A stretch of DNA of 16,040 nucleotides, from NCBI GenBank assembly GCA_964590575.1, contig CAZPWM010000075.1:1-16040 (forward strand), in the 5' to 3' direction. Source of the stretch: an uncultured archaeon. Lineage in GTDB: Archaea; Asgardarchaeota; Thorarchaeia; Thorarchaeales; Thorarchaeaceae. Shown piece by piece: positions 1 to 7,613 of the stretch. The notes under the pieces are model-generated. The model did not search any database and was not told the DNA's origin. It worked only from the letters and a program-made list of their open reading frames with translations. The first letter of the stretch is position 1. Each line of letters opens with the position of its first letter. The position numbers were made by a program, and so were the translations under genes.

Positions 1-217
1 ATCGTGCATCAATCTCTGAAAATACAACCCCGGCTTCCTTAACCAAGGCTGCTCTCTCAAGGAGAAAAGGAACTGGATTCTTTTGTGAATCCATCAACCC
101 CATACGTCCATCCCAACTAATTGCTTCATCAATATTAAACAAGCGAGCTAGCGTATTGATTTCTGCTTTTGCTACAGTGATATTCTCACCAGATAGATAG
201 ACAAAGTATTTGGTCAA
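1..217 (-). CDS. Partial CDS (5' end only; runs off the window), probable tRNA (guanine(10)-N2)-methyltransferase Trm11/TrmG10, N-terminal region
   Basis: Manual translation from TTG at 217: MTKYFVYLSGENITVAKAEINTLARLFNIDEAISWDGRMGLMDSQKNPVPFLLERAALVKEAGVVFSEIDAR, open to the window edge. The YF.xLSGE...AxAE start resembles archaeal TrmG10 N-termini. It lies 7 bp downstream of the GPN GTPase stop. Absent from the supplied ORF track. Confidence 0.55.
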   Translation of the reverse strand, partial: MTKYFVYLSGENITVAKAEINTLARLFNIDEAISWDGRMGLMDSQKNPVPFLLERAALVKEAGVVFSEIDAR

Positions 218-224
218 ACAACAA

Positions 225-1004
225 TCACTCGTATAGGTTATCGCCACCAGAAAAGATACGCTGCATTTCACCATATAATGTATCGATTCCAGTCATCTCC
301 TTTGCTGAAACTGGTATATTACCTGTCGCAGTGTCTAGGGATTCAAGCATTTGCATAATTGCTCGTGAATACTCTGTCCGCAATCCTTCTGCAGAGGAGT
401 CAAGAGCCTCTTCAAGGAGATACAACTCTGAACCCCATCCCACAATCTCTTCTACTTCCTCAGTGGTTAGAATATCTGGCTTGCTCAAAACATTCAGCTG
501 TGGAAGACTAAATCGAATACTGATTGAGATTCCTAGGAGCGTCGATGAAAGATATCCTGAAGGAGTACGAGCAATATTTGAATCGAGCAAGTACAAAGAG
601 AGAGCTGGATCATCGCCTCTGAGACTAGACACCATCAAGGGCCCTGAGTTTCGATACGCAAAAAGTTCCATTTGTCCCGGACAATCTATGAGTATATAGT
701 CTCGGTCAGTATCAATAATCTCATCTCTTATATCATTGACACTACTAACTGCCATATCCAGTGAAGCAACAAGAGCTCCATTTGGGCCCAACCCAAATGA
801 GCTCATTACTTCTCCATAATCCACATACTCTCTAATATCAACATCACTTGTGTATGGTGGGGAGTCCACACCAGGGTCGAGATTGACAACAGTCACACTC
901 AAATCCGAACCTACAAGCCACTTCTCCAGTGATGCAGTGAGTAAGGACTTTCCTGAGCCTGCTGTACCAACTATAAATGTGAAAAACATCTGTAATACCG
1001 ACAT
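225..1004 (-). CDS. GPN-loop GTPase (archaeal GPN1/PAB0955 family)
   Basis: P-loop GTAGSGKS, VVNLDPG, signature GLGPNGAL, LIDCPGQMELF (G3), NVLSKPD (G4), IPVSA (G5). The true start could be the ATG at 989 (MFFTFIVG). Confidence 0.95.
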   Translation of the reverse strand: MSVLQMFFTFIVGTAGSGKSLLTASLEKWLVGSDLSVTVVNLDPGVDSPPYTSDVDIREYVDYGEVMSSFGLGPNGALVASLDMAVSSVNDIRDEIIDTDRDYILIDCPGQMELFAYRNSGPLMVSSLRGDDPALSLYLLDSNIARTPSGYLSSTLLGISISIRFSLPQLNVLSKPDILTTEEVEEIVGWGSELYLLEEALDSSAEGLRTEYSRAIMQMLESLDTATGNIPVSAKEMTGIDTLYGEMQRIFSGGDNLYE

Positions 1005-1048
1005 TAAGTTGTTGAAACAACCTCTTTGAGTTCTTCGGTACTATCACA

Positions 1049-1120
1049 ATTTAATACAAACCTATTCTTCTTCTATTAGCAATCAAAAGATTTCAAATCA
1101 GCACCTACGCAACTCTTATA
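1049..1120. promoter_or_regulatory. Divergent promoter region with TATA-like boxes for the GPN GTPase (minus strand, TATTAAAT ~1056-1049) and the HTH gene (plus strand, CTTATA ~1115-1120)
   Basis: AT-rich archaeal TATA-like motifs in a divergent intergenic gap. The plus-strand box is ~25 nt before ATG 1145, consistent with a nearly leaderless transcript. Confidence 0.4.
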
Positions 1121-1144
1121 GCGATTCTGAAGGGCAGAGAGTTT

Positions 1145-1888
1145 ATGGACAATAGTGAGGCACTTCGAAGGCTGGCAGAAGCAATGGCTGGTGAGATATG
1201 TCTCGCAGAAAATAATCCTGGTGCTGTTATGCGACGATGGCGTGAAAGATTTCACATTTCCCAGAAAACCCTCGCCAAATATCTTAAGGTTTCACCTTCT
1301 GTTATTAGTGACTATGAGAGCGGTAGACGGAAATCACCCCGGGTTGAAACCATCAAACGTTTTGTCGAAGGGCTGATTGAAATGGATGCTTCTGATGGTG
1401 GTAGGATTGCTATGGCACTGGAGAAATTAATCACCCCAGAAATCTCCTCTGATGCAATCCTAGATAGTCGTGAGTTTGGGGTTCCAATACCTGCACGGTT
1501 GCTTGTAGAACTTCTTGATTGCAAAGTCCTCACTCATCGTAATCTACTTGACAGGGACATTTATGGATACACAGCGCTTGACAGTATCAAGGCGATTATC
1601 AATTTGACCCCCCAACAACTTCTTCGGCTTTATGGGGGGACAACCCAACGCGCTGCTATTCTCACAAATGTTTCTACAGGTCGGTCACCAATGGTGGCTA
1701 TCAAAGCTAGTCAAATTGGTACCTCCGTTGCAGTAAAACCTGCTGTGGTGATACTCCAGGGAGTAAAAGAATTAGACCCACTTGCTGTACGAATAGCTGA
1801 TAGTATACACCTACCTTTATGTTTATCAGAAATAGAAACAGCTGATGAATTAATACGCGAAATTCGGTCGTTTGACCCTCAGATGTGA
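1145..1888 (+). CDS. Xre/HTH_3 family archaeal transcriptional regulator (COG1709-like) with C-terminal DRTGG-like domain
   Basis: AGEI...PGAVMRRWRERFHISQKTLAKYLKVSPSVISDYESGRRKSP helix-turn-helix. C-terminal IYGYTALDSIKAI, GGTTQRAAILTNVSTGRSPMVAIK and LDPLAVRIA match this conserved archaeal family. Confidence 0.9.
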   Translation: MDNSEALRRLAEAMAGEICLAENNPGAVMRRWRERFHISQKTLAKYLKVSPSVISDYESGRRKSPRVETIKRFVEGLIEMDASDGGRIAMALEKLITPEISSDAILDSREFGVPIPARLLVELLDCKVLTHRNLLDRDIYGYTALDSIKAIINLTPQQLLRLYGGTTQRAAILTNVSTGRSPMVAIKASQIGTSVAVKPAVVILQGVKELDPLAVRIADSIHLPLCLSEIETADELIREIRSFDPQM

Positions 1889-1910
1889 TTCTTGCTCAAG
1901 ATGGTGAAAA

Positions 1911-3209
1911 ATGATGAAGTTTACTATGGAGATTAACGACCCTGTCCATGGTTTCATAGGTATTACCGAAACTGAGGCAAAAATAATCGATTCACTACCC
2001 TATCAGAGATTACGACGAATCAAACAACTCTCAGGTGGCCACTTTGTTTACCCAACAGCTGAACACACACGTTTTGGTCACTGTATCGGTGTTATGTATC
2101 TTGCAGGACTTAGTGGTAGGAGACTTCTGAGCCAAATGGGTCTTGGGGACCAGAAGCTCCAAGAAGTAAGAATAGCTGGTCTTCTTCATGATATTGGCCA
2201 CGGTCCCTTTAGTCATGTCTTTGAGGAAGTACTCATAGAAAAACGTGGAATGAACCATGAGGATGTAACAGAGTGGTTAATCCTCAAGAGTGAGCTGGGT
2301 GATTTACTAGAAGCTGATGGAATCTCAAAAAACCGAATTGCTGATTTAGTTCGAGGCCGCCATAAGACCAAGAAGGATGCAATCATAGCTGGAATTGTTG
2401 CAGGACAAATTGACTCTGATAAGATGGACTACTTGATTCGGGACTCATTTTATTGTGGAGTAAATTACGGACTAGTTGATATCCATCGTCTAATTGATAG
2501 TATTGAAATCTCAAAGGACTACCAGATGTATTTTGATATCGCAGCAAGAGGGGCACTAGAATCATTTCTTGTAGCTAGATACGAAATGTTTCTCAATGTC
2601 TATTATCACAAAACAGTACGCAGTGTCGAAGTCATGTTAGTCAAATTAATTGATGCTGCAGATAAAATACTGGAACTTACCAGTTTTTCATCTCCTGAAG
2701 AGTTTTTAGAATTGGATGATATGTCACTCATATCCAGAGTTCGAAGCATAAATCCCTCAGATTCGGAGGATGCTAAAGAAGCGACAAAGATGGTCAATCT
2801 TCTTGATTCACGTACTCTTTACAAATCCGCCTTCGAAAAAGTCATTCATACACAAGATCGATTTGTTTCTAAGATTCTTACCAAAAGGAAAGTTCGCGAG
2901 AGCATCCAAGAAGAAATAGCTACCATTGCAGGAGTTAGTTGTGATGAGGTGATAGTTGATGTGCCCACATTGCCATCAGTACCATACAATCCACATCAAC
3001 TCAATCCGATGGAGATAGGAATTTTTGAAATTGTCGACGGAAAGAGAGTCCCTCATAATCTCTCAGAGTATTCCAATATTGCAGAAATGATGAAAACTTA
3101 CCTTGACGTCATTCGCGTGTATACATTTGACAAAAATCGAGTAAAAGTAGGGAGAGCTGCACGCGAAGTTTTCCAAGAAGTTCCTGATACTGCGCTGATA
3201 CACATGTGA
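1911..3209 (+). CDS. HD-domain phosphohydrolase, SAMHD1/COG1078-like putative dNTP triphosphohydrolase
   Basis: INDPVHGFI, QRLRRIKQL, VYPTAEHTRFGH, LLHDIGHGPFSH, DSDKMDYLIRD, ARYEMFLNVYYHKTVR. SD-like GGTGA at ~1903; 22 bp after the HTH gene. Confidence 0.92.
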   Translation: MMKFTMEINDPVHGFIGITETEAKIIDSLPYQRLRRIKQLSGGHFVYPTAEHTRFGHCIGVMYLAGLSGRRLLSQMGLGDQKLQEVRIAGLLHDIGHGPFSHVFEEVLIEKRGMNHEDVTEWLILKSELGDLLEADGISKNRIADLVRGRHKTKKDAIIAGIVAGQIDSDKMDYLIRDSFYCGVNYGLVDIHRLIDSIEISKDYQMYFDIAARGALESFLVARYEMFLNVYYHKTVRSVEVMLVKLIDAADKILELTSFSSPEEFLELDDMSLISRVRSINPSDSEDAKEATKMVNLLDSRTLYKSAFEKVIHTQDRFVSKILTKRKVRESIQEEIATIAGVSCDEVIVDVPTLPSVPYNPHQLNPMEIGIFEIVDGKRVPHNLSEYSNIAEMMKTYLDVIRVYTFDKNRVKVGRAAREVFQEVPDTALIHM

Positions 3210-3289
3210 TTGTATTTTCCCACCATATACTCTGATTTCAACTCAAACTTGGAAAGAAAATGTATGAAACATCAAATTCTGTGTGGTGG

Positions 3290-3296
3290 TTATATA
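3290..3296 (+). promoter_or_regulatory. TATA-like box (TTATATA) upstream of the roadblock/DENN-like/MglA unit
   Basis: Archaeal TATA consensus in a 139-bp intergenic gap, ~55 bp before TTG 3349, which is preceded by GGGGCTGAGGA. Confidence 0.5.
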
Positions 3297-3348
3297 GTCG
3301 CGACATGAATTCTACATTGAACCCAACCTTCCGCCTGGGGCTGAGGAC

Positions 3349-4296
3349 TTGAGCGACGAACTGACTGAAACCTTACAGAACATTAAGGCTATTACTGGCG
3401 TTGAGAATGTCGTTTTGATTCAAAAAGATGGACTCCCTGTAGCAAGCGCAGGAGTATGGTTCAGTAAGGATGAAGTCTTTGCAGTAGCATCATCAACCTG
3501 TGCCATTTTTGGTGTAGCTAAACTCATACATGGTGATTTCAAATATTTACTGATGGAGTCTGATACCTCTAAGGTCTTTCTTGCCTCTCTACCAAATGAC
3601 CCCGATTATTTCTTGACAGTGACAACTGCACCTCGGGTCAATCTAGCAGCATTATTCATTGAGATGAAAGACAATCTATCCAGACTATCATTCCTTCTTA
3701 GACAACATGTAGACGGAAGACTTCCCCCACTTCGATCCTATAGTCTTGATGAAACTCAGAAAGTGCTCCAAGGATTTGCTGTAGCTGAAGGTCGAGATAC
3801 AAGTTACGGCGTGACACGTTCCATGATTTCACTCGACCGTTCACAAGCACTTAGCCTCAGAGCGCTTCTACGCCAAGTTCATGACTGTATCCCAAATATT
3901 GGATCTGTATTTCTGTCGCTAAGTGGTGGAGTTCGAGTTTCATTGGAAGGATTCACCAATGATAGGCTAGCCGCAATGTCTTTTGCACTTCATGATGCAT
4001 CCGAACGAGTTGTACGAACATTAAGGAATAGTTCACTACAGACGGTTCTATGTGAAACCGAAGACACACGCCATTTCATTTATGCAGTTCCAAATGGTGT
4101 TTTCAGTTTGTGGGTGGACAGGGACAGTCAGAAACTTGGTCTTATGAGGCTTTTATTGAAACATTATATTGAGGAAATAAGGCGGGTCTTAGCAGCTGCA
4201 GCAGCGGTAAAACCTGCAGTTCCAGATGATTTGAAAGAATTACTATTGTCAGGTGGTTCTGATAGCGGCCTGATGTTAACGAGGAGAGAACCATGA
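3349..4296 (+). CDS. Tandem double Roadblock/LC7 (MglB/LAMTOR2-like) domain protein
   Basis: Domain 1 (aa ~1-117): LQNIKAITGVENVVLIQKDGLPVAS ... YFLTVTTAPRVNLAALFIEMK. Domain 2 (aa ~166-281): LLRQVHDCIPNIGSVFLSLSGG ... DRLAAMSFAL ... KLGLMRLLLK. TTG start. Confidence 0.85.
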   Translation: MSDELTETLQNIKAITGVENVVLIQKDGLPVASAGVWFSKDEVFAVASSTCAIFGVAKLIHGDFKYLLMESDTSKVFLASLPNDPDYFLTVTTAPRVNLAALFIEMKDNLSRLSFLLRQHVDGRLPPLRSYSLDETQKVLQGFAVAEGRDTSYGVTRSMISLDRSQALSLRALLRQVHDCIPNIGSVFLSLSGGVRVSLEGFTNDRLAAMSFALHDASERVVRTLRNSSLQTVLCETEDTRHFIYAVPNGVFSLWVDRDSQKLGLMRLLLKHYIEEIRRVLAAAAAVKPAVPDDLKELLLSGGSDSGLMLTRREP

Positions 4297-5213
4297 CATA
4301 TTCAATTATGAACCTAATCGAGTTGATGGGTGACCAATTCCCGCTTCTACTAAACTCAATATTAGAACGGATGCCAGTAATTGTCGCAGGTGAGGACATT
4401 GAACTAGTGGATGATATCACAGAGAGTCTAACCACTTTATGCCCACATCGACATAAACTAGTATTTTGGCGCGATTTCACGTCTGAAGCTGAAATTTTCT
4501 CAGTCTGGGAGGAAGAAAAACACAATTATGAAGTGAGTAGAACTATTGTTTGTGGGCTTTCCGGGAACCTTCGACTCGCTATGGATAGAATTTCTCGTTT
4601 TGCAGGTTGGATATTAGCTATCCCATTAGGCTTCACTGTTTTGGGAGTACAAGTAACTGAGAGCACTCTTCAAGATATGACTTCTCACATTCTCAAAAAC
4701 TCAAACAACTGTGGAATATTGAGGGTGAGTTCACCTTCGTCCATAACATTCTCACTTGTTAGACCGTCGAACAGTAGTCTTGAGGTTGAGAAGAAGATTG
4801 TAAATAAAATATTGATGCGAAAGAAACAATCTCTAGAGAGAATTAGACGACTTCTCACAAAATCACTACGTGGTCTCGATGTATCAAATCACATTCTGAC
4901 CGCAGTCCTCAAACTAGATGATGAGTCTGAGAAACTCACACAAGATGTTTTCGAGGAAGAGATAAACAACTATGTTCATGCAGCTCGTAGAGCAGTCACT
5001 CTATTGTCAAGAATCCGGTTGGCAAGGGAACTTGGTGCATCCACGACATTAACGGAACGAAATCTCTACGAGGCCATTGGATGGGATGGAGGAGAATTAC
5101 CAGATTTGATCCAGTTCATTAGAGCTGAGTGGCACGAAGATTTCTCTGATTGCGTTAAAAGTGGAGCATTGTCAGGACTTGGGGCTTGGGTAGACAGCAT
5201 GTGGGGTACATAA
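4293..5213 (+). CDS. Hypothetical protein with folliculin/DENN-core-like N-terminal alpha/beta region and helical C-terminus
   Basis: 306-aa ORF overlapping the upstream gene by ATGA. The N-terminal LMGDQFPLLLNSILERMPVIVAGEDIELVDDITESLTTLCP follows the helix-strand-helix-P pattern of cDENN/FLCN C-terminal domains. The coding call is solid; the fold call is by eye only. Confidence 0.6.
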   Translation: MTYSIMNLIELMGDQFPLLLNSILERMPVIVAGEDIELVDDITESLTTLCPHRHKLVFWRDFTSEAEIFSVWEEEKHNYEVSRTIVCGLSGNLRLAMDRISRFAGWILAIPLGFTVLGVQVTESTLQDMTSHILKNSNNCGILRVSSPSSITFSLVRPSNSSLEVEKKIVNKILMRKKQSLERIRRLLTKSLRGLDVSNHILTAVLKLDDESEKLTQDVFEEEINNYVHAARRAVTLLSRIRLARELGASTTLTERNLYEAIGWDGGELPDLIQFIRAEWHEDFSDCVKSGALSGLGAWVDSMWGT

Positions 5214-5227
5214 TAGGGGGTCAAAAA

Positions 5228-5809
5228 ATGATAATCGATTATGGTAATCGTACCGTGGGACTCAAAATCGTTTTCTTTGGACCTGCAATGAGTGGAAAAA
5301 CCACTTCGATTCGCTGGCTGTTTTCAACACTTGATTACGCTGAGAAGCTCACCTCAATAGAGAATACAGTGGGACGAACAATGTTTTGTGATTTTGGTAC
5401 AATTCCTTTTTCACTGAGCAGCAGCTGGACAATAAATGCGCATGTTTGGTCAGCTACCGGCCAAGATTTCTACAGATCAACACGTGAGGTAGTATTAGTC
5501 GGGGCTGATGGAGTGATTTTCATCGCAGACTCTCAAGAACATCTTCTTGACGAGAATCTGGCAAGCTGGAACGAGCTAATGTCAATGATTGAAGAGGAAG
5601 AGCGACCACTTCCATTAATTGTTTGTCTTAACAAACAAGACCTACCAAATGCGGTTCAAGAAGAACAGATTAGAACGCATCTGAAAATACCGATATCTGT
5701 GCCTGTCTTCAGGAGTGTGGCAAGAGAGGGTCACAATATCATGGAAGCTTTTCAATATCTTTTCCAAAACGCTATGCGTGCAAGTATACTTACTCAACCC
5801 GTTTCATGA
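5228..5809 (+). CDS. MglA-like small GTPase (Ras superfamily, Arf/Rag/MglA branch)
   Basis: MIIDYGNRTVGLKIVFFGPAMSGKTT (G1), RTMFCDF (G2, cf. MglA RTLFFDF), WSATGQ (G3 without Asp, cf. MglA YTVPGQ), GADGVIFIADSQ, NKQD (G4), SVA (G5). The start is placed at ATG 5228 after AGGGGGT rather than at 5186. Confidence 0.92.
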   Translation: MIIDYGNRTVGLKIVFFGPAMSGKTTSIRWLFSTLDYAEKLTSIENTVGRTMFCDFGTIPFSLSSSWTINAHVWSATGQDFYRSTREVVLVGADGVIFIADSQEHLLDENLASWNELMSMIEEEERPLPLIVCLNKQDLPNAVQEEQIRTHLKIPISVPVFRSVAREGHNIMEAFQYLFQNAMRASILTQPVS

Positions 5810-5847
5810 GCGCGAAACCTGCACATTGACAGATATCAAGCAAACCA

Positions 5848-5853
5848 TTTATA
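5848..5853 (+). promoter_or_regulatory. TATA-like box (TTTATA) upstream of pyrG
   Basis: Archaeal TATA-like motif in the gap between the GTPase and pyrG, preceded by an A-rich CAAGCAAACC stretch. Confidence 0.4.
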
Positions 5854-5927
5854 CGAACTGATACGACTTCAACCTCAGTTCCAGGTTGGGACAGTATACA
5901 TCTTCTCAAAATCAATTCTTGAGGTTC

Positions 5928-7613
5928 ATGCTATTGCTTTCAGAACAAGAAAAACCCAGTTTTGTCTTCATTACAGGGGGCGTGCTGTCTGGTATCGGAA
6001 AAGGAGTCACTACTGCTTCTATTGCGAAACTATTCCAATTCCGAGGGTATAACATTCGAATAATCAAGATTGACCCCTATCTAAACATTGATCCTGGTAC
6101 TCTGAATCCAATCGAACATGGAGAAGTCTTCGTAACAGACCAGACTTGGACATTCCAACCTGTCGCTGATTTTGAATTCAAAATCTCAGAGATTGACTTA
6201 GACTTTGGAACCTATGAACGATTTACTGGGTTGGAGGTTCACCCATCACAGAATATCACATCCGGGCAAATTTACATTTCAGTTATCCTTGAGGAGCGCA
6301 AAGGAGGATTTCTTGGACGGACTGTTCAAATCATCCCTCATATCACAGACAGAATCAAACAAAGGATTTGGGAGGTAGTGGAGAAGAAACCAATACCAGA
6401 TATTCTCCTAGTAGAAATAGGTGGTACCGTCGGTGATATTGAGGCGATGCCATTTCTAGAAGCTGTAAGACAGCTTGTTCGCGAACTAGGTCGAACCCGT
6501 ACTGCTGTTGTTCATGTCACTCTAGTGCCTTACATGAACTCAGTAGGTGAGTTCAAGACCAAACCGACACAGCATAGTGTTAGAACACTTCAAAGCTTAG
6601 GTCTCCAACCCGACATTATGATTTGCAGAGCAGATGAAAAACTTCCAGATACCGCTAAGGAGAAAATTGCTTTATTCTGCAATATTCCAGAAGAAAGAGT
6701 TGTTTCGAATCCTGATATTCCGGTGATATACCAGCTTCCTCTCTCATTTGAAGAGGAAGGACTTGGAAACATACTTGTTGAACACTTTGGACTAGAATCA
6801 AGAAAACCTGACACCGAAGTTTGGTCAAACATGGTACGATCCTTTGAAGATGTATCTGAAACAGTAGTAATTGCAATGCCCGGTAAATACACAACACTTG
6901 GCGACTCCTACAAAAGTATCAATCAAGCTTTAACACATGCTGCTGCTGCATGTGGGGCTAAAGTCGAGATACATTGGATTGAAACAGAAGAACGAAGCAC
7001 TGAAGAATGCCTTACAGAGGATTTGGCAGATGTGGATGGGGTTCTTCTAACACCGGGTTTCGGAGAACGTGGTGTTGAAGGAATGATTTGCGCTGCTTCA
7101 GTGACCCTAAAATCCATGATACCTCTTCTAGGCATTTGTTATGGCGCTCAACTCTCTACCGTTGCATTTGCTAGGAATGTTATGAGTTGGAAAGGCGCGA
7201 ATACCACGGAAGTAGATGTGGACAGCCTTTATCCTGTTGTAGACCTAATGGATGAACAAAAGCTAACAGACGATAAAGGTGGCACAATGCGTCTTGGTGG
7301 CCATGATGTACATATTGTAAAAGGAACACGATTACACGAAATCTATGGTACTGATATTGTCCATGAACGGTTTCGTCATAGATATCATCTAATTGACCGT
7401 TACTTGAAGAAGATGAATGAAATGGGTTTGAAGGTTTCAGCCCTTGACTCAACTGGTCGAATAATCAATGCAATTGAGCTCATCAATCATCCCTTTTGGA
7501 TTGGAGTACAATACCATCCCGAGTTCAAGTCCCGCCCAGACAACCCGCATCCACTTTACTTGGGTCTAATAAGAGCTGCACTAGAATACAAAAGGTTGAG
7601 AGTGAAAAAGTAG
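5928..7613 (+). CDS. pyrG: CTP synthase (glutamine-hydrolysing)
   Basis: FVFITGGVLSGIGKG, KIDPYLNIDPGTLNPIEHGEVFV, EIGGTVGDIE, KTKPTQHSV, PGFGERG, GICYGAQ (catalytic Cys), GGTMRLG, RHRY, QYHPEF (His-Glu). The start is probably ATG 5928 or TTG 5934 after GAGGT. Confidence 0.98.
   Translation: MLLLSEQEKPSFVFITGGVLSGIGKGVTTASIAKLFQFRGYNIRIIKIDPYLNIDPGTLNPIEHGEVFVTDQTWTFQPVADFEFKISEIDLDFGTYERFTGLEVHPSQNITSGQIYISVILEERKGGFLGRTVQIIPHITDRIKQRIWEVVEKKPIPDILLVEIGGTVGDIEAMPFLEAVRQLVRELGRTRTAVVHVTLVPYMNSVGEFKTKPTQHSVRTLQSLGLQPDIMICRADEKLPDTAKEKIALFCNIPEERVVSNPDIPVIYQLPLSFEEEGLGNILVEHFGLESRKPDTEVWSNMVRSFEDVSETVVIAMPGKYTTLGDSYKSINQALTHAAAACGAKVEIHWIETEERSTEECLTEDLADVDGVLLTPGFGERGVEGMICAASVTLKSMIPLLGICYGAQLSTVAFARNVMSWKGANTTEVDVDSLYPVVDLMDEQKLTDDKGGTMRLGGHDVHIVKGTRLHEIYGTDIVHERFRHRYHLIDRYLKKMNEMGLKVSALDSTGRIINAIELINHPFWIGVQYHPEFKSRPDNPHPLYLGLIRAALEYKRLRVKK

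Noticed and set aside
5186-5227. Extended GTPase N-terminus (MGRQHV...) that could look like an Arf-type myristoylation start
   Set aside because: It is an artefact of an upstream TTG inside the preceding gene. ATG 5228 has an SD-like sequence and matches the MglA N-terminus.
7496-7612. 39-aa N-terminal extension of NurA in the ORF track
   Set aside because: It overlaps the conserved pyrG C-terminus and is not protein-like; GTG 7613 coupled to the pyrG stop is the better start.
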